A DNA stretch of 64,000 bases from a virus. The stretch lies in IMG/VR virus record IMGVR_UViG_3300014720_000016; one strand, given 5' to 3'. Below, piece after piece: positions 45,735 to 54,226 of the stretch. Position numbers and translations under genes: made by a program. Positions within the stretch are counted from its first letter, which is position 1; the number at the start of each line of letters is the position of its first letter. A model generated the notes under the pieces. That model was given only the letters and a program-made list of their open reading frames with translations, was not told the DNA's origin and searched no databases.

Positions 45735-46442
45735 TCACTTTAGGGCAACCTTGCCATGCTTGAAGCCCTGATCAAGCGCTTCCTGTACAGTAAGCTGGAA
45801 TGAGCCGGTGCTCGTATCAAACTTCTCAGGATTTTTCGCTTTGATGGGCGACAGCTCGTGAGTGCCTACAATAGATGCTCCAAACGGATCGCCTGGGAAA
45901 ATAGTCCAGAGGACTGGAGGATCGCCGGGATTCTGACCAGGTCCGAGCAGCGCGGTTGTCTGCTTGGTCTGTGGCAACTTGGATGGATCCAGCGGAACCT
46001 CTACAGAATAACCGCCGCCCTTAGTTCCATGGGTTCCCTTTGGATCTGAAGCCGTAACTACCATATCTGGAGGAAGAGTAGCGAGGTCTGCCATGCCTAC
46101 GGTGCCGGGGATGTCTGCAACATAGCCTTTAGCCGGGGCGCTGATTGCTGGATGCGAGTATGGCTTCCAGTTGGCGGACTTCAAGCTGCTAGCGGTCTGA
46201 TCTTCGTCAAAGAATGAGCCAAGGCGATTGGGCGAAGAAGGATTGCGCTGGTCGAGGATCTTTGCAAGATAACCGGATTTTTCTGCACCTTCAATTGCAG
46301 AAGCAACAAGCTGTTTAGCATCTGACTCTTCTGCTGTTTGCTCTAGGGCTGCGTCAATCCTGTCGGCTGCCGCGGTAGCACCGGCGGCATCCAGTTCATT
46401 TGCAATAGCGACAAGCTGTCGGGCGATCTGTGTTTTTTTCAT
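45735..46442 (-). CDS. hypothetical protein with IANELD leader
   Basis: MKKTQIARQLVAIANELDAAGATAAADRID; AGGA RBS. Confidence 0.8.
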   Translation of the reverse strand: MKKTQIARQLVAIANELDAAGATAAADRIDAALEQTAEESDAKQLVASAIEGAEKSGYLAKILDQRNPSSPNRLGSFFDEDQTASSLKSANWKPYSHPAISAPAKGYVADIPGTVGMADLATLPPDMVVTASDPKGTHGTKGGGYSVEVPLDPSKLPQTKQTTALLGPGQNPGDPPVLWTIFPGDPFGASIVGTHELSPIKAKNPEKFDTSTGSFQLTVQEALDQGFKHGKVALK

Positions 46443-46494
46443 GTATTCCTTTCAGTAGCGGTTCTCTGAGGCGCCGGATTAAAAGTCGCAGACA

Positions 46495-46911
46495 TCAAAA
46501 TCTCCAGAGAAAATAAGTGCAGTGCCCGGTGGTATTATAGACTCGCACCTTGAAGGCGTGCGCTTGAGAGGCGATGCTACGGCCCAGGGGGCTGAGTCGC
46601 AGGGATCTGATTGACGCAAGGTCTGTCCACTTCCGGGTCTCGATCCAAACGCCATCGTCCTGGGTTGTCCATTGGAGAAAAAGGGATTGCTCATTCTCTG
46701 TAGTAGGTTGCAGCAGGTTAGACCAGCCTGCTGCCCGGCGCTTCTCGTTGGTAATGGCGATGTATTTATTCTGCCATTCCAACCAGCTTACGAGATTACG
46801 GAGTCGGCGCTTGCCGAGCGCGACTGGCTTCAGATCATTAGCGGTGAAAAAATTGGTAAGGGCAGCATCAATAGCGTCAGCACGAACATGCGGAATATTG
46901 GAAAGTTTCAC
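46495..46911 (-). CDS. MKL family E protein
   Basis: VKLSNIPHVR..FFTANDLKP; GGAG RBS. Confidence 0.75.
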   Translation of the reverse strand: MKLSNIPHVRADAIDAALTNFFTANDLKPVALGKRRLRNLVSWLEWQNKYIAITNEKRRAAGWSNLLQPTTENEQSLFLQWTTQDDGVWIETRKWTDLASIRSLRLSPLGRSIASQAHAFKVRVYNTTGHCTYFLWRF

Positions 46912-46956
46912 AGGTACTCCGGGGTTAGTGTTTGGTGCGGGGCGGTTCAGCGGTCA

Positions 46957-46979
46957 GGATCGGGGGCCGCCGGTTTTAG
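46957..46979 (-). promoter_or_regulatory. recurrent oriented motif
   Basis: GGATC-GGGGGCCG-CCGGTTTTAG. Confidence 0.65.
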
Positions 46980-46994
46980 GGCCGGGGCGGGCTG

Positions 46995-47258
46995 CTAGCG
47001 AATCCAGATGTCTGCTGCTGACATACGACTTTCATTACCATGACGGCGATGCCAGGCGGTGAAGCCTTTCGTCTCGCACCATGCATATGCACGCTCGGGA
47101 AGATAAATCTCTACCTGAAACAGATTCATGCCGCGCATTACGTCCATCCTGTATTCGGGCGGCATGTCTACCCCGTAATGGCGGGCGAGGGCGGCAACAG
47201 CAGCGGACCAATCTTTTCGAGAGACGGCTTCTCTGATCTCGTAATCGGCCAGCTTCAC
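46995..47258 (-). CDS. MKL family A small protein (GTG start)
   Basis: VKLADYEIREAVSRKDW..RHYGV..YAW..GF. Confidence 0.8.
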   Translation of the reverse strand: MKLADYEIREAVSRKDWSAAVAALARHYGVDMPPEYRMDVMRGMNLFQVEIYLPERAYAWCETKGFTAWHRRHGNESRMSAADIWIR

Positions 47259-47294
47259 GGGCACTCCGGCGGGGGCTAGGTTTTTGCTAGATGT

Positions 47295-47705
47295 TCAAAC
47301 AGCAGTCAGCTTATACTTCTTGCCATCAATCTCAACAACTTTTCCATCACAAGTATCTGACTTCAACTTTTCAAGCCCGTTATTTTTTAGGGCAAAGTCG
47401 AAGGCTAGGTAGAGGGAGAGGGAGAAGGAGAAGGCGTCGACAAAGTCGAAGGCGAGATCGCACGTGAGGGCGAGATCATTGTTTGCAGCAAAGTCAAAAA
47501 GAAATATGTTACCTTGAAAAAGTTTATCACCTCGGCGAGAAAACTTATGTTCCTGTTTGTTTTTGATGCGTGGATAACCATACTCTTTACGAAGTCGGTT
47601 TGCTTCAGCCCACCAAAAATCATTCAGCACATACTCAACACCTTCTTCCATATTGTAAAAGGTTTCACGAATAGCAGCATCAGTTTGTTCAATAGTGAGC
47701 GACAT
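47295..47705 (-). CDS. hypothetical protein with low-complexity [LF]-x insert
   Basis: AGGAG RBS; paralogue of 39402; ends KVVEIDGKKYKL. Confidence 0.75.
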   Translation of the reverse strand: MSLTIEQTDAAIRETFYNMEEGVEYVLNDFWWAEANRLRKEYGYPRIKNKQEHKFSRRGDKLFQGNIFLFDFAANNDLALTCDLAFDFVDAFSFSLSLYLAFDFALKNNGLEKLKSDTCDGKVVEIDGKKYKLTAV

Positions 47706-47718
47706 TTTATCTCCTGTA

Positions 47719-47973
47719 TCAAAACGGCTTGAAAAAGACTTCAGCCACATCAGCTTTCGGGATTAGCACAAAAGAATCATCTGATGGATCCAATGGGTAA
47801 GGCAAATCGTTACGACTGCCAGCATCAACCGACCACGCATCGCCATGATCGAATTCAGGTACGATATCAAAAGGTTTGTGGTCAGGGGTGCCGGCATAGA
47901 ACTCATGCGTAATTCCGTTTGCAAGACGCAGCCACCAGTAGCCTGTTACTTTTTGGGCGTTAATTCTTGTCAT
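47719..47973 (-). CDS. hypothetical protein
   Basis: ORF in AT-rich three-gene block. Confidence 0.65.
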   Translation of the reverse strand: MTRINAQKVTGYWWLRLANGITHEFYAGTPDHKPFDIVPEFDHGDAWSVDAGSRNDLPYPLDPSDDSFVLIPKADVAEVFFKPF

Positions 47974-48006
47974 ATTTCCCTTGCCACCAAGATAGCGCTC
48001 AATCCC

Positions 48007-48252
48007 TTATCCTACGCTGACGAGTTCAAGATGCTGATCCCAGCCGTGATAGGAAAAGTGCTCTAACTCTCCTGGAGAAAGATAATAGCTGCCGCACTCG
48101 ATCAATTGAATTTCAATAGAACCGTGATTCTCTGCTGAGAGATCTCCCTCCCAGAGGTCAATGCTCACAACCTTGCCAACAAATCTGTCTCCTTTATTAT
48201 GAAAGAAGGAGCCCTTTTTGATGGCAACGAAATCACCAACCTTGATAGTCAC
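48007..48252 (-). CDS. small SH3/KOW-like protein
   Basis: IKVGDFV..GKVVSI; GAGGAG RBS. Confidence 0.6.
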   Translation of the reverse strand: MTIKVGDFVAIKKGSFFHNKGDRFVGKVVSIDLWEGDLSAENHGSIEIQLIECGSYYLSPGELEHFSYHGWDQHLELVSVG

Positions 48253-48261
48253 AAAGACTCC

Positions 48262-48630
48262 TCAATCCGCGTGCCAAAAGATGCGGAGAATTTTGCTGTC
48301 AGCGGGGTCTGTGATCACCAGCGGATCTAGCCCGTCGTTCAGCACATCATTGATGAAATGCCGGCAGTAGCAATCTTCACTAAGCGGCTGCGGATCAAGT
48401 GTGTCATCGAACTCACAGCCCCACGTCGCTTCGCCCGCAGCTAGATCAGCAAGCGACAGCCCGTTGTCGGCCATCATCTTCTTCAGCCGGGATTTAGATG
48501 CGCGCTTCCAGAGTTGAGGATTGGACGCCGCAGCAAACGCAGCGGAATCAGCCGGGTCAAAGCGGGCGTGAACGTGTACGGCAGCATAGCGAATAATCGT
48601 AGGAATAATAGCGGCGGTGCTTAGCTTCAT
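48262..48630 (-). CDS. hypothetical protein, MKL start
   Basis: ORF in run. Confidence 0.65.
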   Translation of the reverse strand: MKLSTAAIIPTIIRYAAVHVHARFDPADSAAFAAASNPQLWKRASKSRLKKMMADNGLSLADLAAGEATWGCEFDDTLDPQPLSEDCYCRHFINDVLNDGLDPLVITDPADSKILRIFWHAD

Positions 48631-48834
48631 TCACTCCACCACTTCGCACTCGGATACTGCAATCCAATCACAGCCGCCGCTCCAACTATCTGGGCCGTCT
48701 TGCCGCTTGTCGGCCCAATGCCATCCTGCAAACGTCTCGGCGGCAATACGCCGGGCAGTCGCTTGAGAGGCACAGATTGCAATGATATGTCCGCCTTCGT
48801 GGGCCTCGCCCTCTTCAACCGTCCAAACTTTCAT
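48631..48834 (-). CDS. small 'EGG' family protein
   Basis: MKVWTVEEGEAHEGGHII. Confidence 0.7.
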   Translation of the reverse strand: MKVWTVEEGEAHEGGHIIAICASQATARRIAAETFAGWHWADKRQDGPDSWSGGCDWIAVSECEVVE

Positions 48835-49085
48835 GGCAACACCTGGTGCGCGTCAATGCGGATAAAATCTACGCAATTTGCCCAGCGGTTCTCGGCCGTT
48901 TGACGCCAGCGGAAATCTGGATCGAGGTCAGGACTGGCTTCGCGGTTGAGTCCCTCTTCATCGGCAAGAAAAGCGCTGACCGCGCCCTTTGCGCCTTCGA
49001 GCGTAGTATGCACGCTGCGCACATGCCCGCCTTCGTAGAGCTCGCCAACGGTAACAATGAAAATATTATTGCGGGTCATGTTCAC
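48831..49085 (-). CDS. small 'EGG' family protein
   Basis: IFIVTVGELYEGG..SVH.T; AGGAG RBS. Confidence 0.7.
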   Translation of the reverse strand: MNMTRNNIFIVTVGELYEGGHVRSVHTTLEGAKGAVSAFLADEEGLNREASPDLDPDFRWRQTAENRWANCVDFIRIDAHQVLP

Positions 49086-49088
49086 TCC

Positions 49089-49304
49089 TTATGCAGCCTG
49101 AATGTCACGGCGAATGCTATTCAGAGTGCTATAGGCTTCCGCGTAGTACTGGAAAGCGGCTTCATAGCTGCTCCAGCCCTTCTCGGCAGCGCGGTCACAG
49201 AAGTCGTCAAACCCGCAACATTCCACGAAATAATCCCAGCCATCGCTCTCATAGTTGTCAAGAGCATACTGGTAAATGCGATCATAAACGGCGCGGTTAT
49301 CCAT
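49089..49304 (-). CDS. hypothetical protein
   Basis: YALDNYE..GWD..VEC; GGAG RBS. Confidence 0.7.
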   Translation of the reverse strand: MDNRAVYDRIYQYALDNYESDGWDYFVECCGFDDFCDRAAEKGWSSYEAAFQYYAEAYSTLNSIRRDIQAA

Positions 49305-49329
49305 GTCGGCTCCAGCTGTTTGTGAGTGT

Positions 49330-49608
49330 TCAATCAGGGAAGGCAGAGGCCATACGGGCAATAATCGAATCATCTGCACGAGCGAGTGCGATCTTTTCTC
49401 CGGCAAGAAACCGTTTAATCATTGACAGGGTAACGCTGCTGGCTTCCATGCCCAGCATCGCCTCAGCCGCCGCTCGTAGTGCGGAATACTGGACAAACGT
49501 AATGCCAAATTCCTGCTTATTATAGCCATCATTGGCAGAGATGCCACTGAATACTGATGCAGTATATGCCCGACGGAATCCAGCGAACTGCTTAGGGGTA
49601 ATCTTCAT
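49330..49608 (-). CDS. hypothetical protein
   Basis: MKITPKQ start after GGAG. Confidence 0.65.
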   Translation of the reverse strand: MKITPKQFAGFRRAYTASVFSGISANDGYNKQEFGITFVQYSALRAAAEAMLGMEASSVTLSMIKRFLAGEKIALARADDSIIARMASAFPD

Positions 49609-49698
49609 TACTGCTCCAGCGCAATAGTAACCGGCGGCAGGACTCGCACCTGCGTCTCCCGTGAACAATACGGGGCTTTGCTACTAAGCTACACCGAT

Positions 49699-49729
49699 AA
49701 AAAAGCGCCCCTTTTTATAGGGAAGGGGC
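49699..49729 (-). terminator. probable intrinsic terminator
   Basis: GCCCCTT/AAGGGGC stem followed by U6 on minus strand. Confidence 0.55.
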
Positions 49730-49740
49730 AAACCCCCTGA

Positions 49741-50157
49741 TCACTTCAGGCGCTCAACAGCAGCGGCCAAGCGATCAGCAAGGCGGTTCACTTCGGCACG
49801 GGCGGCATCGCTGCCGACCTGGGAGTCACCGCCCACCTTTACCGAGAGGCGGTCGGCATTTTCCCGGAGGAAAGCCACACCCTTATCGGTAACGATGAGG
49901 TCGAGAACAATCCCCACGAAGTGAGGAGCGTAGAGGGTAACGGGGAAGGTGGCGTTCACTCCGTAGACGCTGATAGCACCCTTCTCCGAAACCTTGGCAG
50001 AGTAGCCACGGGGAGCGCCCTTGTTCTTCTCTGCTGCATCAGCGCGGGCCTTCTCAGCAGCAAGGGCTGCCTGAGTCTCCTGCAACCGTCGCAGGAGGTC
50101 TGCGAGATCGGGGCTGGTGTTGTTGGCAACGGCGATACCATCGGTCTTGACGAGCAT
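49741..50157 (-). CDS. KVSEKG..FPVTLY family protein (paralogue of 62740-63165)
   Basis: Coiled coil then GYSAKVSEKGAISVYG..FPVTLYA; high GC3; own motif and terminator. Confidence 0.8.
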   Translation of the reverse strand: MLVKTDGIAVANNTSPDLADLLRRLQETQAALAAEKARADAAEKNKGAPRGYSAKVSEKGAISVYGVNATFPVTLYAPHFVGIVLDLIVTDKGVAFLRENADRLSVKVGGDSQVGSDAARAEVNRLADRLAAAVERLK

Positions 50158-50268
50158 GTGCTCTTTCCTTTTTATTTGACATTCCCCTAGCCCCTAACCA
50201 TTAGGGGTTTTGGTTCCTGTCCCTCCGCCACTTGCGTTTGCCGGGGGCGGCGACCGGCTCGACCTTCA

Positions 50269-50291
50269 GGATCGGCCCGCACCGGCTTTAG
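50269..50291 (-). promoter_or_regulatory. recurrent oriented motif
   Basis: GGATC-GGCCCGCA-CCGGCTTTAG. Confidence 0.7.
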
Positions 50292-50314
50292 GGCCGGGCC
50301 GACCTGGGAGGATA

Positions 50315-50617
50315 TCATGTGCTGCGCTGATCTGAACTTGTCCAAACCGTAGCGCTTACTACCTCTACCTTGCTGTAGTCCCGGTCTGCGGGCCAGCCGG
50401 GCGCAGGAGCATAAAAGGCATAGAAGCTACCCGCACACCATTCATAAGGATCTGGACCAACCCAGGCTCTAACGGCAGGGCTGTCATCTTCCACTTCCTT
50501 TATGACGATCTGCACGCCCGGTAAGTTTATGTCAAAATGTTGCAGCAACAGGCGCACTGCCGCTTCATACCGCCCTTCGGATATAGCGGTTTGCAGCAGG
50601 TAGGATTCCAGTTTCAT
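50315..50617 (-). CDS. MKL family A small protein
   Basis: MKLESYLLQTAISEGRY..QHFDI..YEW. Confidence 0.8.
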   Translation of the reverse strand: MKLESYLLQTAISEGRYEAAVRLLLQHFDINLPGVQIVIKEVEDDSPAVRAWVGPDPYEWCAGSFYAFYAPAPGWPADRDYSKVEVVSATVWTSSDQRST

Positions 50618-50620
50618 GAT

Positions 50621-50893
50621 TTATCTTTCGGGCACAGAAGTAATAGCGGCAACCGATCCCGGATAGTGTGCAGCCCTGCGTCGTACTGTGCCGTCACGAG
50701 AATAGGAGATTCTCTTTGATCCCATATAGAATACTACGGCTTTCCAGGTAAAGCTGTTTACGTCCCATACATCCAGCTCTATAGAGGTGTGGGGCGGGAG
50801 CGTGATGCCTAGTTCCGCGGCTACCAGGTGGACCGCCTCTTCGTAATGCTTGCCGGTTATAAGTTCATCAAGGCGGTAGGTCAGTATCTTCAT
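50621..50893 (-). CDS. MKL family A small protein
   Basis: MKILTYRLDELITGKHY..ELGI. Confidence 0.7.
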   Translation of the reverse strand: MKILTYRLDELITGKHYEEAVHLVAAELGITLPPHTSIELDVWDVNSFTWKAVVFYMGSKRISYSRDGTVRRRAAHYPGSVAAITSVPER

Positions 50894-51083
50894 GGGCGTC
50901 CATCTGTTGCTGTAGCCAGGGCCTAATGTAGGTGCAGATCGTACAGCTGATTGGGTGTTCGTTATCCGCATCAGCCCAGTTCGTTAGTCTCCCTACGCCA
51001 TAGTGCTCGATTAGGATTGGGAGCATACGGGAAAAATCCCCGCTGGCGATTGCATCCTGTACGGACCATTCATCTATTTTCAT
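50868..51083 (-). CDS. MKL family A small protein (short)
   Basis: MKIDEWSVQDAIASGDF..EHYGV. Confidence 0.7.
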   Translation of the reverse strand: MKIDEWSVQDAIASGDFSRMLPILIEHYGVGRLTNWADADNEHPISCTICTYIRPWLQQQMDAHEDTDLPP

Positions 51084-51345
51084 TCGGCGTCCATATTACC
51101 ATTGCGGTCAGAGGCCCGTGTCCGCCGGTTCCAATGGCGGAATAGAAGCCGCCATCTTCCCATTCAAACCCGCGGTGGTGCAGCCATATGCGGATAGCGT
51201 AGTTTGTATGCGGAACGCGGGTAACTTTTATTTCTTTTAAAGGCGGGTCTATAGCGTAGCCGTAGGCTTGTGCCAGGATTGTTGCGGCATCCATATGCCG
51301 GCCTTCCCGCAGGGCTTCCCGTATTTGATATGAGGCTAGCTTCAT
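51070..51345 (-). CDS. MKL family A small protein
   Basis: MKLASYQIREALREGRH..AYGY..FEW..GF. Confidence 0.8.
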   Translation of the reverse strand: MKLASYQIREALREGRHMDAATILAQAYGYAIDPPLKEIKVTRVPHTNYAIRIWLHHRGFEWEDGGFYSAIGTGGHGPLTAMVIWTPNENR

Positions 51346-51629
51346 CGTGGATGCCATATCTTCATTGCCGCGAAGGGGGGATTTGCTCCAACATGGCCAT
51401 GCCGATAGCCATACCTAACCGTCCACTCATACCAGTCTCCTTTGACACAGAACAGCAACGAGGAGAGCCCTGTCCGCCTTTCTATCGGCAGATCTGGAGC
51501 CGGCCCTAGCCCGAAGTGCTGGAACAGGATCGCCATTGCTTCCCGGTTATCGGCTGCGGCATCATCAGCTGTACCCCTGCGGGCACGAGCATCTAGGGCC
51601 GAAAGAATCGCAAAAGTATCTAGCTTCAT
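51342..51629 (-). CDS. MKL family A small protein
   Basis: MKLDTFAILSALDA..QHFGL..YEW..GY. Confidence 0.8.
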   Translation of the reverse strand: MKLDTFAILSALDARARRGTADDAAADNREAMAILFQHFGLGPAPDLPIERRTGLSSLLFCVKGDWYEWTVRYGYRHGHVGANPPFAAMKIWHPR

Positions 51630-51648
51630 GCGGCCATGCTCCTACCTA

Positions 51649-51921
51649 TTATACTCGTTTGCTCCAGATCACAGCCCGGGGATCAGTCCGGTAATTGTAG
51701 AATGTGGCATGTCGGAAGCGGCCTCGCTCACTCCATTCATACCAGTATTCTTCTATATAAACTAGTATGCGCGAAGAATCCGACCCTGTGATAGAATTTA
51801 CTTTTATTTCAGCGCTGGGCGGCAGTTCGCTCTGTGCAAAGTTTTGCAATAGAGCATTGCAAGCGCCACGGTAGTCACCAGCAGCCAGCAGGTCAGCAAT
51901 CAGGAAATGCTGTAGTTTCAT
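51649..51921 (-). CDS. MKL family A small protein
   Basis: MKLQHFLIADLLAAGDY..QNF..YEW. Confidence 0.8.
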   Translation of the reverse strand: MKLQHFLIADLLAAGDYRGACNALLQNFAQSELPPSAEIKVNSITGSDSSRILVYIEEYWYEWSERGRFRHATFYNYRTDPRAVIWSKRV

Positions 51922-52175
51922 AGCGGAAACCATATATGTACTAGTGGGGGGGCGAGGCGCCGTGGCAGTCCGCTGCTGCGAAAGCCGGCTGCGGCTGTCC
52001 AGGAATACCACTTCGCATCATAGTAAATCATTTCCGCGATAGGAGCTACGCGCCGGACTATTTGCAAATCCCCCGGCACTTCGCCAAGACCGAAGTGGTG
52101 AAATAGGACTTGTACGGCCCCTACATTGTTGCCGGACTCTAGGGCGTCGATGATTGCAAATTTATCCAGTTTCAT
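51918..52175 (-). CDS. MKL family A small protein
   Basis: MKLDKFAIIDALESGN..HHFGL..YSW..GF. Confidence 0.8.
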   Translation of the reverse strand: MKLDKFAIIDALESGNNVGAVQVLFHHFGLGEVPGDLQIVRRVAPIAEMIYYDAKWYSWTAAAGFRSSGLPRRLAPPLVHIWFPL

Positions 52176-52282
52176 GGCGGCAGAATCCGATTCCTGCCTA
52201 CCAGCCGTTCGGCAATCCGCTCACGGAGCGCAAGCGTAAGGCAAACAAAACCCAAAATCAGTGCAAGCACAGGTGCAGTCAT
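52172..52282 (-). CDS. 36-aa single-pass membrane microprotein
   Basis: MTAPVLALILGFVCLTLALRERI..*; ATGA overlaps at both ends. Confidence 0.55.
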   Translation of the reverse strand: MTAPVLALILGFVCLTLALRERIAERLVGRNRILPP

Positions 52283-52587
52283 TGTGGCCCCTTCCATACA
52301 ACAGCGCGAACTGGTACGGGATTTTCAGGTGGTGTTACTGAGCCGCTATAGCGCGACTTCACGGCTATGCTCCAAAAACTATCGGTTTCAAACCAGGCAT
52401 AGCATCTATTCCAATGCGGACCTGCAATAATCTCGATGCCCCATTCTACGCCCCAGGCTTCGGGGCCTTGTGCCTCGATGCGATCTATGTGCAGGTCTAG
52501 CTCGAAGTGCGCCTGTAGTAGTGCGGCTGCGGCAGCATAGTCGCCGGAGATCAGGGTATCCCGCATCAGCCAATCGTCCAGCTTCAT
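52279..52587 (-). CDS. MKL family A small protein
   Basis: MKLDDWLMRDTLISGDY..AHFEL..YAW. Confidence 0.8.
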   Translation of the reverse strand: MKLDDWLMRDTLISGDYAAAAALLQAHFELDLHIDRIEAQGPEAWGVEWGIEIIAGPHWNRCYAWFETDSFWSIAVKSRYSGSVTPPENPVPVRAVVWKGPQ

Positions 52588-52874
52588 GTAGCGCCTGCTG
52601 GGTGCCAGAGATTTATATAAATTTGCAGTACATCGTAGTCATACAGGGGATAGCTGTGTGATCCGGTAGTAAAGCCGTGGATGCTGTGCCATGCATACCA
52701 GTCATCGTTGACCCAGACGCACAGCTCGGTTTCATTGCCCCGGCCTGTGTAGTTGCGTATCTTTGGCAGGTGCTCTACCTGTGGCAGCCGGAAATAGCGC
52801 AGCAGGATACGTACGGCTCCATAGAGATCGCCCGTAGCAATAGCCTCTCGTATTTCGAATGATTCTAGTTTCAT
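52584..52874 (-). CDS. MKL family A small protein
   Basis: MKLESFEIREAIATGDL..RYFRL..YAW..GF. Confidence 0.8.
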   Translation of the reverse strand: MKLESFEIREAIATGDLYGAVRILLRYFRLPQVEHLPKIRNYTGRGNETELCVWVNDDWYAWHSIHGFTTGSHSYPLYDYDVLQIYINLWHPAGAT

Positions 52875-52922
52875 TGGATTACTGCGACAGTAAGCTGCGC
52901 AGTAATTATTACATTCCGGGGA

Positions 52923-53198
52923 CTACCAGACAGTGCCACGCTGTGCCAGGGTAAAGGGGTAGCGACAGATATCTTCCACAAATCCGTCATCCCTGTGAGA
53001 AATAATATAGATATCTGAGGCATGGTAGATGCGGACAGAGATCCATGCTCGCGGGAAGTTCTCACGATTTCGTAGGGTTCTTTCGTCTGCAATCTTATGC
53101 GGCAGCGGTATGCGGAAGTGATCGGCAACTAGCTGGATTGCGCGGGTGGGATTGCCGGCTTCTAGTGCTTCAGATATACCCCAGCTAAGTAGCTTCAT
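52923..53198 (-). CDS. MKL family A small protein
   Basis: MKLLSWGISEALEAGN..DHFRI..GF. Confidence 0.8.
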   Translation of the reverse strand: MKLLSWGISEALEAGNPTRAIQLVADHFRIPLPHKIADERTLRNRENFPRAWISVRIYHASDIYIISHRDDGFVEDICRYPFTLAQRGTVW

Positions 53199-53491
53199 GC
53201 CGTTTGCCTCCAGGCTCCTGGAAAGAATATTGTGTTTTGTTTCGGTGGAAAAGCCAATGGGTCCCGATGGAAAGCGCCTGCGGGTATTGCCCATGCATTC
53301 CGTAAGGCATATGTGTACGTGTAGCCAGGGACATCTAGGCGAATATACGTCATCCACCTAATTGCCTCAACCTCCCACTTCTCATCTAGGCGGTTGTGTA
53401 GTTCGGGAAAAGCTTTAGCAAATATTTCCACTACAGCACGCAGGTCGCCGCGCTCTACCGCATCCTGGATTGCCCATGACGCCAGTTTCAT
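53195..53491 (-). CDS. MKL family A small protein
   Basis: MKLASWAIQDAVERGD..KAFP. Confidence 0.75.
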   Translation of the reverse strand: MKLASWAIQDAVERGDLRAVVEIFAKAFPELHNRLDEKWEVEAIRWMTYIRLDVPGYTYTYALRNAWAIPAGAFHRDPLAFPPKQNTIFFPGAWRQTA

Positions 53492-53706
53492 GATTTGTAA
53501 TCCGCTAGCGGGATCTCAGTCTTGCCCCCTAGTGCGTCAATGGCAAATAGCCGCAGCGGAAGCGTTACATGGGGAGAATCGCGATACATTTGCGCGTATC
53601 GAAGGGCTATACGACGAGCGTGCTCGATGCCGCGTACATCTGGTGTTGTTTTGAACATGTACCTGCTGTCAGAGTCCAGCACAAAATAACTCCTGATTAG
53701 CTTCAT
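53488..53706 (-). CDS. MKL family B small protein
   Basis: MKLIRSYFVLD..LPLRLFAIDALG..EI. Confidence 0.75.
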   Translation of the reverse strand: MKLIRSYFVLDSDSRYMFKTTPDVRGIEHARRIALRYAQMYRDSPHVTLPLRLFAIDALGGKTEIPLADYKS

Positions 53707-53718
53707 ATACCCTCTGCT

Positions 53719-53928
53719 CTAATCAAGCTCCACTTCACGCCGCTCACCTAGGGCATCTACCTGAATGAAACGCAGTGGCAGCATACGCTGGCGCTCATAG
53801 TAAGAGATTCCCCGTAAAAAACTTGCGCTTATTCCTGCGCGCGTACCCCTATCAAACAGCGAGGGCGGGATACTGCCTAGCAGGCGGTTGCGGTTATCGT
53901 AGACTAGGTAATGCTGGATTAGCTTCAT
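53719..53928 (-). CDS. MKL family B small protein
   Basis: MKLIQHYLVYD..LPLRFIQVDALGE..EV. Confidence 0.75.
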   Translation of the reverse strand: MKLIQHYLVYDNRNRLLGSIPPSLFDRGTRAGISASFLRGISYYERQRMLPLRFIQVDALGERREVELD

Positions 53929-53941
53929 GATCCCTTGTGGA

Positions 53942-54223
53942 CTATTTCTCCATCGTCGGTTTCCATTCTGCTGGCAACCATAGGACAACAACATCTTCAT
54001 CCCCGTAAAAATCCGAGAAATATCCAGGTGGGCTGCCATCAAACCACTCGGCGACCGCGCCATCAACTACGATCTCAATACCTAGTATTCGGTTAGCGCG
54101 CTTTATACGTTCCGCACAGGCGTCTGGTACTGGGATGCCGAAGGCGGCACAGAGCAGCCGCTCGGCGGCAGCATAGTCCCCGGCTTCTAGGGCGGTTTTG
54201 ATCTGGTATGATTCGAGTTTCAC
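53942..54223 (-). CDS. MKL family A small protein
   Basis: VKLESYQIKTALEAGDY..AAFGI..EW. Confidence 0.8.
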   Translation of the reverse strand: MKLESYQIKTALEAGDYAAAERLLCAAFGIPVPDACAERIKRANRILGIEIVVDGAVAEWFDGSPPGYFSDFYGDEDVVVLWLPAEWKPTMEK

Positions 54224-54226
54224 TCT

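Noticed and set aside
35339-54223. Classical integron cassette array for the MKL runs
   Set aside because: The genes overlap or abut with no room for attC sites, no GTTRRRY/RYYYAAC pattern was noticed, and no integrase is in the window.
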